Shown here: piece by piece, positions 13,835 to 28,500 of the stretch
Layout of the letters: each line of letters starts with the position of its first letter
How positions within the stretch are numbered: position 1 is the first letter of the stretch
Origin: Eledone cirrhosa
Lineage: Eukaryota
NCBI GenBank assembly: GCA_964016885.1
Contig: OZ024759.1
Coordinates: 14,198,001-14,262,000, forward strand
Direction of reading: 5' to 3'
Length of the DNA stretch: 64,000 nucleotides
Program-made: the position numbers and the translations under genes
The notes under the pieces: generated by a model
The model's database searches: none
Seen by the model: the letters and a program-made list of their open reading frames with translations, nothing else
Told to the model about the DNA's origin: nothing

Positions 13835-16675
13835 ATGTGTTTGTGTGAATGTTGCATGTATCCTGGTTTTTAGCATAGGAACACTGTAACCCTGTGTGTT
13901 ATAAGGGGTGACAAAATATGTTGGCATCAGGAAGGGCATCTCGTACAACACAGTCCCAAACCTATCCCATCTGAACTCATGCCAGCATGGAAAAGTGAAC
14001 ATGATGATGATGATGATGATGATGATGATACAACTGTGAGTCCTTCTCAGAGAGAGTCCTTCTCAGTGAGAGTCTCTCTCAGTGTAAGTGTCTCTCAGTG
14101 TGTAATTGTTTGTTAAGTCTTGTATTAAAAATGTAATTAAGTGATTCAATAAAAATATAGAAAGATGAAATCAATACCAAACTGAAGTGATAGTGTTGTC
14201 AATACTATCACTTTATATAGTGTTGTCAATACTATCACTTTATATAGTGTTGTCAATACTATATATAGTTATAGTGTTGTCAATACTATATATAGTTATA
14301 GTCTTGTCAATACTATATATAGTTATAGTATTGTTAATACTATATATAGTTATAGTATTGTTAATACTATATATAGTTATAGTCTTGTCAATACTATATA
14401 TAGTTATAGTATTGTCAATACTATATATAGTTATAGTCTTGTCAATACTATATATAGTTATAGTCTTGTCAATACTATATATAGTTATAGTCTTGTCAAT
14501 ACTATATATAGTTATAGTATTGTTAATACTATATATAGTTATAGTATTGTTAATACTATATATAGTTATAGTCTTGTCAATACTATATATAGTTGGTGAT
14601 AGTGTTGTCAATACTATATATAGTTATAGTGTCGTCAATACTATATATAGTTATAGTGTTGTCAATACTATATATAGTTATAGTCTTGTCAATACTATAT
14701 ATAGTTATAGTATTGTTAATACTATATATAGTTATAGTATTGTCAATACTATATATAGTTATAGTCTTGTCAATACTATATATAGTTATAGTCTTGTCAA
14801 TACTATATATAGTTATAGTATTGTTAATACTATATATAGTTATAGTCTTGTCAATACTATATATAGTTGGTGATAGTGTTGTCAATACTATATATAGTTA
14901 TAGTGTCGTCAATACTATATATAGTTATAGTGTTGTCAATACTATATATAGTTATAGTCTTGTCAATACTATATATAGTTATAGTATTGTTAATACTATA
15001 TATAGTTATAGTATTGTCAATACTATATATAGTTATAGTCTTGTCAATACTATATATAGTTATAGTCTTGTCAATACTATATATAGTTATAGTATTGTTA
15101 ATACTATATATAGTTATAGTATTGTTAATACTATATATAGTTATAGTCTTGTCAATACTATATATAGTTGGTGATAGTGTTGTCAATACTATATATAGTT
15201 ATAGTGTCGTCAATACTATATATAGTTATAGTCTTGTCAATACTATATATAGTTATAGTGTCGTCAATACTATATATAGTTATAGTCTTGTCAATACTAT
15301 ATATAGTTATAGTCTTGTCAATACTATATATAGTTATAGTGTCGTCAATACTATATATAGTTATAGTCTTGTCAATACTATATATAGTTATAGTCTTGTC
15401 AATACTATATATAGTTATAGTGTCGTCAATACTATATATAGTTATAGTCTTGTCAATACTATATATAGTTATAGTCTTGTCAATACTATATATAGTTAGT
15501 TATAGTCTTGTCAATACTATATTAGTAATAATGTTGTCAATACTATATATATAGTTAGTAATAATTGTTTCTACTTTTAGGCACAAGGCCAGCAATTACC
15601 CAGTACATTACTGGTACTTTATTTTATCGACCCCGTAAGGATGAAAGGCAAAGTTAACCTCGGTGGGATTTGAGGTTAACTTTGCCTTTCATCCTTACGG
15701 GGTCGATAAAATAAAGTACCAGTAATGTACTGGTTAATTGCTGGCCTTGTGCCTAAAAGTAAAAACAATTAGTACTAACTATAATGTTGTCAATATTATA
15801 CATAGTTAGTGATAGTGTTGTCAATACTATATATTAGTAATAATGTTGTCAATACCTACTATATAGTCAGTGATAGTGTTTTGAATACTTACTGTGTAAA
15901 GTTAGTGATAGTGTTCCCAATAGGACGGCATGTTACGTATATTAAACGACGGATCTGTTGACAACGACGGATTGACCGGATCACAGACTGGTCTATAAGC
16001 AAGAGAAAGAGAGAATGAGTGTAATTGAGAGAGGGGGTAACTGGCTGGGGAGATGTGAAGACAAGAGAGAGAGAGATAGATAGAGAGGATAAGAGACAGA
16101 GGAGATGTGAGGATCATATATATATTTTTCTTTGTAAAGTTATGTTGGAACACAGAACACCCAGTCCACTCTGCAAAGTGGTTGTGTAGGTGTCACAACA
16201 AAAAGCACCCAGTCCACTCTGAAAAGTGATTGTGTAGGTGTCACGACAAAAAGCACTCTGTCCACACTGTTAGGTGATCGTGTTGGTGTCACAACAAAAA
16301 GCACCCAGTCCACTCTGAAAAGTGATTGTGTAGGTGTCACGACAAAAAGCACCCAGTCCACTCTGAAAAGTGGTTGTGTAGGTGTCAAGACAAAAAACAC
16401 TCTGTCCACACTATAAAGTGGTTGTAACAGTGTCACGACAAAATGCACCCAGTCCACACTGTAAAGTGATCGTGTAGGAGGCACGGTAAAAAAGCACCCA
16501 GTCCACACTGTAAATGTGGTTGCCGTTAGGAAGGACATCCAGCTGTAGAAAACCAGCCAGAAACAGTCCTATACGAGCGAGACACGGTCACCTGACCAAT
16601 CTTGCCTCAAGTGGGACAAACCCGTCTAATCAATGCTAACGTGGAAGATAGACGTTAAACAATGATGATGCTGAT

Positions 16676-16732
<57 letters not shown>

Positions 16733-18895
16733 TAGCAGAATGGCCCTGTGTTGCTCAGGCTTCTAAACATAGACTGGCATGTTTATCCCTCCTTTCTGAA
16801 ACAGTACAGAGAAGTACGGAATACCTCGGCCTGGGGATGGTGTCTACATTTTGTGCTTAGGCAAATAATTTTCCATTAAGATTTTTCAAAAGCATGTAAT
16901 TGCGTTCCCTCTCTTTTTTGTTGTTGTTTTTGCTGCTGTTGGTGTGATAGCAGCCGTTGGTCGTACTACTAACACAGTCTCGTCCTTCTTCAGCCAATCG
17001 TGTATATCCCCTTCTGCCTCGTCTACCTAAACAATGATTGTAACACCTCCTTGTACACAATGTTCCTTGTTCTTCCGTGTCGGGCATATGCAAAGAGATT
17101 TGTCTTGTTTCCCACTCTTGAGCAGCCAACGTATAGTTGCCCGTGTGAAAAACATGACATATATGCATGTTACAAGGATGAGAAGTGGCACAGGCTAGAA
17201 ACAATTGGAACTGGGTTGGGAAGGTTTACAAATTTTTGAGAAAGAGCAAAGTGTATTAACCTTTTCGCATTTAAACGGCCATATTCGGCCAGAATTCTCT
17301 CACCTCTTACTTTAAACCAGCCATAACCAGCCAGTCATACTGATGTTAGGGTATTGTTCTCAAAATAAATAATATCAAAATCTCATAGATTCGATATTAT
17401 GTGAGGTAAAGCCTTTACCATGAAAATATAATAGTAAATATAGAGTAATATAAATGCTAAAGGGTTAAATCAACCCCAATACTTAACTGGTATTTTGTTT
17501 TATTAACACCAGAAGAATGAAAGACAAAGTTGACCCCGGCATGTTTTGAATTCGGAGCATAAAGAGCCATAATAAATGCCACAAACGATTTTGTCCTACA
17601 CTCTACTGATTCTGCCAATCCACCATCCTAAATGATAACCATCACAATCACAAGATTCACAAAAAAACTACAGAGAATTTGAACTCAGAATGTAAAGAGC
17701 CCCGACACTCTACCGATTCTGTCAAATCTGCCACCCAGCAGTGGGTAGGTGGTAAATGAAAGTGAGGATGATACTGACATCAATGAACGAACAATTAATT
17801 CACTTACTGACACCATTTCGGCCAGGGTTCACGACAGCAACTGCAGTTTCATTTATATCAAAGTAGGCCCCAACAGAGATCTTTTTTAAGGCTTCACTGG
17901 CTCTAGAGCAGATGAACTCTGCATTGTTTATATCTGTAAGAGAGAAAACCCCATCAACTGTAATCTGTGTGGATATAGACTTGTGGGTATGTTATAGTTT
18001 AGTCTAAAGTCTGTCTCGAGCTTGGAGGCTCATCAAGCCAGTGTTTCTCCTGGTTTCCTTAGTGTTTAATGACTGAGAGTACAAAACTCCCTCTGGATAG
18101 GACGCTAGTCCATTGCAGAGTTAATCTCCAGCTCTTGCTGCTGGTAATTCTTTTCGGCAACGTGAAATTAAGTGTTTCGCTCAAGAACACAACACACACA
18201 CCCCAGTCCAGGAATCAAACCCACAACATTATGATTGTTGGTCCAACACCCTTACCACTTCGATCATAACAAAATGAATATATATGCAGATCTGACTGAT
18301 CAGGCAGTCTGCTAATATGCAGATCACACCGATCAGTCACTGTATATTCCAGAAAAATATATTTTCACTAGCTCTGACATTTGGCAGGTAAGCAGTATAT
18401 GGTACTGATGAAGGGTAATCACCCAGAAACAGTGTTTGCCATTCTGTTTATATGCCAACACAAGAGCAAGAATGACAAGGTCATTCTACTGACATGGCTT
18501 AAGAGGCTGCTTGCATAATTGCAAACGCATCGACTATTATTATTATTCAGTTCAATTCTCAGACCGGGTGATGTGTTGTTTCCTTGAGCAAGACACTTTA
18601 TTTCACATTGCTCCAGTTTACTCAGCTGTAGAAATGAGATGATAGGGACTGGGGTCCATATCATTCCACTGCAAAGTGGTCATGGAGGTGCCACGGCAAA
18701 AAAGTACCCAGCACTCACTGTAAATGAGGTTGGTGTTAGGAAGGGCATCCAGCTGTAGAAATCAAGCCAGAATCAGTTCCCATCCCACCCTTGCAAGCAG
18801 GGAAAAGCGAATGTAAAATGATGATGATTCGAAAAACTCAGATTTACATTTCTTGTATTCAGCCATGTAGAGCGATAAAACTATTTGCTAGTTAT

Positions 18896-18936
<41 letters not shown>

Positions 18937-19412
18937 TATGAAGGCGCGTAGCTTTGTGGTTAGAGAATTTGATTAGCAATCATGAGGTTGTGAGTGTGAT
19001 TCCCAGGTGATGCATTATGTCTTTGAGCAAGACACTTTATTTCACGGTGTTCTTTCTGCTAAAAGTTGTGACCTGTAGATAGTATCAGCAATGGAAAGAC
19101 CAATAGAAACATTCATTGTTTCCGTGGTCCAATTTGATGAGTTCCACCCCACTTCGTAAGTGAATGATGTCGGGTCTTAACAATCATTTTCCATATATAT
19201 ATGTGTGTGTGTGTGTGCATGTGTGTATATACGTGTGTATATGTTTTCATATATATATGTGTGTATGTGTGCATGTGTGTATATACGTGTGTATATGTTT
19301 CCATATATATATATATGTGTGTGTGTGCATGTGTGTATATATGTGTGTATATGTTTCCATATATATATGTGTGTGTGTGTGCATGTGTGTATATACGTGT
19401 GTATATGTTTCC

Positions 19413-19443
<31 letters not shown>

Positions 19444-19474
19444 CATGTGTGTATATACGTGTGTGTATGTTTCC

Positions 19475-19509
<35 letters not shown>

Positions 19510-22500
19510 CATGTGTGTATATACGTGTGTGTATGTTTCCATATATATATATATGTGTGTGTCTGCATGTGTGTATATATGTGTGTATATGTTTCCATAT
19601 ATATATATATGTGTGTGTGTGCATGTGTATATATGTGTGTATATGTTTCCATATATATATGTGTGTGTGTGTGCATGTGTGTATATACGTGTGTATATGT
19701 TTCCATATATATATATATGTGTGTGTCTGCATGTGTGTATATATGTGTGTATATGTTTCCATATATATATGTGTGTGTGTGTGCATGTGTGTATATACGT
19801 GTGTATATGTTTCCATATATATATATAGAAAAACATGGGATGAGCTGATAAACTCCGACCTCATACACTTACACCTCTCCAAGACAATGTCACTGGACCG
19901 TGACCTTTGGCGGTACTCAGTAACAGAGAAGACCCGCCTTGCCAGTAGGCATCTCTAACAAACTACACCCCGTCCCGCCACCACCCCCACCCCATCCACA
20001 CCACCCCGTTCCATGTAAAGTTATGTTGGTGCCGCGCCATCCAGGCCGAAACAAACGAGATCGTGTAGGTGTCACGACAAAAAAACACACAGTCCACGCT
20101 GTAATGTGGCCGTGTAGGCAACACGGTAAAAACCTCCCAGACCCACACTGTAAATGTGGTTGGTGTTAGGAAGGGCATCCAACTGTAGAAAATCTGCCAG
20201 ACAGTCCTATGCGAGCAAGACAATCACTCTTGCCTCAAGTGGGACTACCCCCGTCCAAACCCATGCAAGCGTGGAACACGGACGTTAAACGTTGATGATG
20301 ATGATGATGATATATATATATGTGTGTGTGTGCATGTGTGTATATACGTGTGTATGTTTCCATATATATATATATGTGTGTGTGTGTGCATGTGTGTATA
20401 TACGTGTGTGTATGTTTCCATATATATATATATGTGTGTGTGTGTGCATGTGTATATATACGTGTGTGTATGTTTCCATATATATATATATGTGCGCATG
20501 TGTGTATATACTTGTGTGTATGTTTCCATATATATATAACTTACTGTTTAGGCTGGCATTTATTTTAGCATCATCAATGGCCTGTTGGATAATTTCTACA
20601 CCAAAGAGTCTTTTAGCAGAAGATGCCATTGAGATACCAATTGAACCTGGAATGATATGAAAACCATTTTTATATACAAATTTATTTTCATTGACAGATA
20701 AACTTTTGATCAAAACTAATGAATTACTGTAATGTGGTTGGTGTTAGGGAAGGCATCCAACCATAGAAACCAATCCAGTAATAGTTCTGTACGAGCAAGA
20801 CATGGTCATCTGATTTTACTTGTCTCACAATCGGACAACTTGTCTAACCCATGCTAGCATGGAAAAATGGATGTTAAACAGTGATGATAAGGATGATGAT
20901 CCAACTACACTCAGCCCCAAGCTGTGTAGTATCACATTATATTATAGCGCTAAGTCAAAACCTAGCCCTAAGCTGTATAGTAATCCAATCCAATCTAGGT
21001 CTTTCTCACTCCTGTTGAAGGAACCCCTTCCTGGTTGACCTCCAATCCAGCTGTTGTTTTTTATACTGCTGGGGTGTCACTTTTACCCTCCTTGCCAGAC
21101 CAGGGTCTGATGGGGTAGCTGGTTTAGTTGCCAACTACTTGACCATGAAGCAGGTTGTACTGGGTTACATGGTACCAGTAGCAGTCAGAAGCCTGGCTTG
21201 ACCAGACAAGGGTCTGGTGGGGGAGCCAGTTTAGTCACTGACCACTTGACCATGAAGCAGGATGTACTGGGTTACATGGTAGCATTAACTGGCAGAAGCC
21301 TGACCTGTAGTAGTATACTAAAATAGATGGGAAGAAATGTCATCCCTTAGAGTAATGGTAACCCACTCAAACGATATTCGAGAGATATGGGGTTTGATCC
21401 CACTTATATATAACCAGAACGAAGAGGAGGCACAGAGAAAAACAAATTGTCATTGGGGAGTTCACAGAACGTGTGACAAAAGAACTTTGACAAACTAACT
21501 AATATCTAATAATAAAGCTGAAGTGAAAATCAAATATGTGTTTATTTTTATGGGCAATATTGCCAATATCTTTTCCAGCACACTATTTCACATCAAGGAT
21601 CTTGCAAAACATATATATATATTATAATGTATATGTATTTGCACCCTGCCCACACTGTAAAGTGGTTGTGTAGGTGCCATGATAAAAAGCACCCAGAACA
21701 CACTGTAAAGTGGTTGTGTAGGTGTCAGGACAAGAAGCATCCAGTCCACACTGTAAAGTGGTTGTGTAGGTGTCAGGACAAACAACACCCAGTCCACACT
21801 GTAAAATGGTTGTGTAGATGTCATGAGAAACAGCACCCAGCCCACACTGTAAAGTGGTTGTGTAGGTGTCATGAGAAACAGCACCCAGCCCACACTGTAA
21901 AGTGGTTGTGTAGATGTCAGGACAAACAGCACCCAGCCCACACTGTAAAGTGGTTGTGTAGATGTCAGGACAAACAGCACCCAGTCCTCACTGTAAAGTG
22001 GTTGTGTAGATGTCAGGACAAGAAGCACCCAGTCCACACTGTAAAGTGGTTGTGTAGGTGTCATGACAAACAGCACCCAGTCCACACTGTAAAGTGGTTG
22101 TGTAGATGTCAGGACAAGAAGCACCCAGTCCACACTGTAAAGTGGTTGTGTAGGTGTCATGACAAACAGCACCCAGTCCACACTGTAAAGTGGTTGTGTA
22201 GGTGTCATGAGAAACAGCACCCAGTCCACACTGTAAAGTGGTTGCGTAGATGTCATGACAAACAGCACCCAGTCCACACTGTAAAGTGGTTGTGTAGATG
22301 TCATGACAAACAGCACCCAGTCCACACTGTAAAGTGGTTGTGTAGATGTCATGACAAACAGCACCCAGTCCACACTGTAAATTGGTTGTGTAGATGTCAT
22401 GACAAACAGCACCCAGTCCACACTGTAAAGTGGTTGTGTAGATGTCATGACAAACAGCACCCAGTCCACACTGTAAAGTGGTTGTGTAGATGTCAGGACA

Positions 22501-25500
22501 AACAGCACCGAGTCCACACTGTAAAGTGGTTGTGTAGGTGTCATGACAAACAGCACCCAGCCCACACTGTAAAGTGGTTGTGTAGGTGTCATGAGAAACA
22601 GCACCCAGTCCACACTGTAAAGTGGTTGCGTAGGTGTCATGACAAACAGCACCCAGCCCACACTGTAAAGTGGTTGTGTAGGTGTCATGAGAAACAGCAC
22701 CCAGTCCACACTGTAAAGTGGTTGCGTAGGTGTCATGACAAACAGCACCCAGCCCACACTGTAAAGTGGTTGTGTAGATGTCAGGACAAGAAGCACCCAG
22801 TCCACACTGTAAAGTGGTTGCGTAGGTGTCATGACAAACAGCACCCAGTCCACACTGTAAAGTGGTTGTGTAGATGTCAGGACAAACAGCACCCAGTCCA
22901 CACTGTAAAGTGGTTGCGTAGGTGTCATGACAAACAGCACCCAGTCCACACTGTAAAGTGGTTGTGTAGATGTCAGGACAAACAGCACCCAGTCCACACT
23001 GTAAAGTGGTTGTGTAGGTGTCAGGACAAACAGCACCCAGTCCATACTATAAATGTAGTTGGCATTAGGAAGGACATCCAGCCGTAGAAACCAAGCCAGA
23101 AACAGTTCTGTATGAGCAAGACACAGTCACCTGATCTGGCTTGTCTCACAATGGGACAACTCGTCTAACCCATGCTAGAGTGGAAAAATGGATGTTAAAC
23201 AGTGATGATGATGATATATATATAGTGCTGCTGCCACAATAAAATGCATCCAGCCCACTTTCAAGCATGGAAAAGTGTCTATAGAAATACTGATGCTGCT
23301 GATGATGATGATAAATTATGGTATCCAATTTAAGAACATGGCCAACATTTTTTTGAGGAGAGAAAATTCGATTACATCAGCCCCAGTATATGACTGGTAC
23401 TTTATTTTATCAACCGCAGAATGATGAAAGATAAAGTTAACCTAGGTGGGATATGAACTCAGAATGTATAGAGCTGGAACAAATACTGTTAAGCATTTGT
23501 CCAATGCTCTAATGACTCTGCTACTCCACACGATGATAATGATGAATAATTTAGGCACAAGGTGACCAATTTGGCAGTTGAGGAGAGAAAGTCAATCATA
23601 CCAACCCCAGTACTTGACTAGTACTTTATTCTATCAATCTCCAGAAATCTCACGAATGACCTTTAGTATTTAAACCATCCATATACGGCCAGAATTTTCT
23701 CACCTCTTTCTGTTCAAACCGGCCATAACTGGCTGCTCATACCGAAGTTATGGTATTGTTCTCAAAATAAATAACATCTAAATCTCATAGCTTCGATATT
23801 ATGTAAGATAAGTATGGGAGAACTCAGGACGTCCCTTCATGTTCTGAGTTCAAATCATGAACTGATGATAAATGATAAGAGAGATTGTCACCTGTTCCAC
23901 AACAGATGTCAAGGATCACATCTGTCGGCTTTAACTTGGCACAGTCTTTGATGACAGAATACAACATCTCAGCAGCACTGATGTTGATCTGAAAGAAAGA
24001 ATCTATGGAGATTTGGAAAGTACAGTCCAGTAGACGTTCGGTAATATAAGGTTGACCATAGAGCAGTTGGAAGGGTACCTGGCTGGCATTGGACCTTGTT
24101 TTGAATCTAAAACAAAAACAGAAACACAGCATTAGATTTCAGCATCAAACATTGATTAACAATTTCAATAACTTCTTTAACTCTTTAGCATTTAACCCTT
24201 TAATGTTCAAACCAGCCAAAACCAGCCAGAATTCTCTACCCTTTTCTGTTGAAACTGGCTGTAACTGGCCACTCAATCTGATGTTAAGGTATTGTTCACA
24301 AAGTAAATAACAAAAATCAAAATTTCATAGATTTGATATGTGAGATAATTATGTAATATAAAGAAGCCTTTACCACAAAAATACAATAGTAATAGTAAAT
24401 ATAAAGTAATGTAAATGCTAAAGGGTTAATTCCTTTTGGTTCCCTTGGCATTGGAAGATGCCACATGGCCACTTTACAGTGTGGACTGGGTGCTTTTTGT
24501 CGTGACACCTACATGACCACTTTACAGTGTGGACTGAGTGATTTTTGTCATGACACCTACACAACCTCTTTGTAGTGTGGGCTGGGTGCTTCTTGTTGTG
24601 ACACCCACACGATCACTTAACATTTTGGGCTGGGTGCTTCTTGTCGTGACATCCACACAATCATCATCATCATTTTTACTTCTCTTTTTCCATGCTTGCA
24701 TGGGTTGGATGGGTCCTTCTCAGCACAACATCTCTCCACTTGTCATGTTCCTTCGACATCACAAACAATTAACTATTTTGATTCCCTACCCGAAACAACA
24801 CATTTTAAAGGGTTTTTATTTTTCCCCTTTTTATACCAAATCAACTGAAACTGACTCTGGTTCTATCATTTAATATTCGTTTTCCCATGCTAACATGGGT
24901 TAGACCATCTTTACAGGACATCACTCAATTGGAGCTCCTGTCCTGGACAGGATTGGTAGCTAGCATGTCTCATTTATATATGTTTCAGTTTTGGCATGGT
25001 TTCTATAGCTGGATCCTCTTCTTAACACCAACCTCTTTATAAAGTGTACTGGGTTCATTTTATCATAACACCAGCACTAGAAAAGTTGTCATGTCTTCAC
25101 ACAACTGAATAGTCTTCTCAACTCTGTGTGGCTGGATTTCTATAACCTGGTGTCTTTCCTATCATCAACCACTTTACAGAGTATATTGCATTAGATTAAC
25201 CCTTTAGCATTTAAACCGGCCATATCCGGCCAGAATTTTCTCACCTCTTTCTGTTCAAACCAGCTGTAACTGGCCGTTCATACTAATGTCAAGGTATTAT
25301 TCTCAAAATAAATAACATCAAAATCTCATAGCTTCAATATTATGTGAGGTAAAGCCTTTACCGTGAAAATACAATAATATATAGAGAGTAATATAAATGT
25401 TAAAAGGTTAAATTGCTGTGAAAAGAATAAAGTGTAAACACTTTCCATTACACCATCAGTGCACAGGAAAAAGAGGCATTACATTTATGTATTTTGAGGA

Positions 25501-28500
25501 ATATAGAAGAGAGAAGGGAAGGAAGGAGATGAGGAAGAGGTGGAGGAGGAGGAGGAAGAAAAGAAAAACACAATTATGCATTTTGGGGAGTATTGAAGGG
25601 AGAAGGGAATGAGGAAGATATGGGGGTGGAGGAGGGAAGCTGCCATTGACAATGACCAAAACAAAGAAGGGGATGATAAGGCCTTACGTTGGTTGGAAAA
25701 ACAGCGTGTCTAAACCACAAAGTCTGCCAGGTCCATGGAGAAAATAGTTCAACAGTTCTTCTTTGGCCTTCATTTGAAGATCCTGGAACAATATTGGGTT
25801 CTATTACTTATACAGTGACACAAATGCTCACTCCAATATATAATTAAATTAAAGTCTGTCATCCCAAGCCTAGAGGCTCTTCAAGCCACAGCTTATTCTA
25901 GTTTCACTGGCACTAATCCTTTAACCCGTTAGCATTTAAACTGGCCATATCTGGCCAGAATTCTCTCACCTCTTTCTGTTCAAACCAGCCGTAACTGACC
26001 ACTAATATTGATGTTAAGGTATTGTTCTCAAAATAAGTAATATAAAAATCTCATAGATTCGATATTATGTGCGATATTATGTGAGATAAAGCCTTTACCA
26101 CAAAAATATAATAGTAAATATAGAGTAATGTAAATGGTAATGGGTTAATTATGGTTTCTGATTTAGGTACAAGGCCAACAATTTTGGGGGAAGAGAAAGT
26201 CAAAGTCGATTAAATCAACTCCATTGCACTACTGGTACTTTATTTTATCGACCCTATACGGATGAAAAGTAAAAATAACCTTGGTGGGATTTGGACTCAG
26301 AATGTAAAGGGATGTAACTATATGCTGCAAATCATGTCTGATGCTCTACTGATACTGGCAATCCAAGCCCCTCTAATCCTTTAACTATAAAACCCACATG
26401 AAAACTGACCCTGGTTCTATAAAGAAAAAAACATTTTAATTCTAAGTAACTGCTACCCTAAATGAGGGGAACTTTATCCTAGAACCATCACTAGAGAGAT
26501 TGATATGTTTTCAACAAAAATAAAGAGTTCTCTGTAACCTAAATTGTCTCCATTTGCCAAAAACTTTACAGAGTGTAATGGGAGCATTTTATCATAGTAC
26601 CCATGTGAAGAAAATGTGAAATATACATCTCCCATTTATGTAGGTTTAGCTGGTCTTCTATTTAGTTGCATCCCATAGGAGGTTTCTTGGGTGTTTTAAT
26701 AATAGGGAATCCACTCCTATCATGTGTAGAGGCATGTGGCCTAGTGGTAAGGGTGTTGGACTTACGATCATAATGATGTGGGTTCGATTCCGGGACTGGG
26801 TTGTGTGTTGTGTTCTTGAGCAAAACACTTCATTTGATGTTGCTCCAGTACACTCAGCTGAAAATGAGTACCAGCAATACCTGGGGGTTTATCCCTGCAA
26901 TGAACTGGCATCAGGTTCAATCAGATGGACAGGGCTGGTGGTTGTTGGGTTATAAGTGGCACACTGAAGGAAACAGGAGCAGTGACATCACATGAGCAGA
27001 AGGGCTAAAACAGGGCCTTTTTTCTAGGGGGAATTTGATATGAGTGGATGTGTCTGTGAGCTCAGGTGAATCCCGGACTAGCATGGTACAAGCCTACAGA
27101 TACATGTCTGCATACATCAAATACCCACAAGAAAAGAGGTCCTGTTGTTTGTCCTTTCGCTCACGGGATGCCACTGTTCTTGCTGCTACTGGGGTGCCAC
27201 TCATAACCCCACAAGAGTAAAATGTCACACACATACCCCAGGTTCCCTCTGTGGGTGTAAGGCTATCTAATCAACTCACCACGGCCTAACCAAGGTCAAA
27301 AAGCAGGTTGAAATAGATAGGAAGGGTTAAGGGGAAGATGTCACATACATACCACAGGTTCCCTCTGTGGGTGGAAGATAATATTGGCCATAGTTCGACC
27401 CAGTGTCGATGACCGCATTGACATGATTCTCCAATGTCCAAACACTTGGTATGGCCATTTTTCACAGTCTACTTTGTGCCAACCAAATGATTCAATACTA
27501 GAAGTGTTGATAAAATCTTGAAACGCCTGAAATAAGAAACAGCCAGAGTGATGATGGTGATAGTGAAGTTGATGATGGTGATAGTGAAGTTGATGATGGT
27601 GATAATGATGGCAATGTTAGTGGTGGTGGTGATGCTGGTGATGCTGGTGGTAACGAAGGTGGTGGTGATGATGGTGATAGTGATGTTGGTGGTGGTGATA
27701 ATGATGGCAATGTTAGTGGTGGTGGTGGTGGTAACGAAGGCAGTGGTGATGATGATGGTGATAGTGATGTTGGTGGTGGTGATAATGATGGCAATGTTAG
27801 TGGTGGTGGTGGTGATGATAGTGATAGTGATGTAGGTGATGATAGTGATAGTGATGGTGGTGGTGGCGATGGTGTTGACGATGATGGTGGCAGTGGTGGT
27901 GGTGATGATAGTGATTAGTGAAGTTGGTGGTGGTAGTGATGATGGTGGTGATGACAATGATGATGATAGTGGTGGTGATGGTTGTGGTAGTGGTGGTGGT
28001 CGGGGTGATGGTCTTGTTTGTAGTTATACAGTCTGCAATTCTGACTATCAAGACTGTAAGTGTGGTTATAAGTGTTATAAGTGTAACAAAAGTTGTAAGT
28101 GTATTTATAAAGGTAAGAATAGCTATGAAAGGTTGTAAGTGTAGTGATAAAAGCTGTAAGTGTGCCTATGAAAGGTTGAAATGTAGTTATAAAAGGCTGT
28201 AAGTGTTATTATAAAGGGTCTAAGTGTAGTTATAAAAGCTGTAAGTGTACCTATGAATGTTATAAGTGTAGTTATAAAGGCTGTAAGTGTAATTATGAAG
28301 TGTTTGTAAGTGTAGCTGTGGGGTACATTACTTCCCCAAAATATATAAACAAGCCAGCCCCATAAAAACTCGAGACTTGAAGAGTATTTCCATTCCCTTC
28401 ATTGTGTTACACAACCCTACTAACAACTTACCCTTGAGATTTCTTTGTGCTTCTGACCCACATTAGCCAGGTAAGTGTTAGGGACAACATAAGAATTGAA

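Noticed and set aside
14187-15554. Hydrophobic repeat ORFs resembling membrane proteins
   Set aside because: They are translations of the 27-bp satellite.
19113-20660. YI/CV/HT-rich ORFs
   Set aside because: They are dinucleotide microsatellite translations. Only 20545-20646 is exonic.
21588-23087. ORFs of 485 and 486 aa, one Cys/His-rich like a metal-binding repeat protein
   Set aside because: They are translations of a 48-bp intronic repeat that belongs to a LINE 3' UTR.
26722-26880. tRNA gene (tggcctagtggtaagg..ggttcgattcc)
   Set aside because: It is a SINE head that continues into the common cttgagcaaaacactt body and lacks an acceptor stem.
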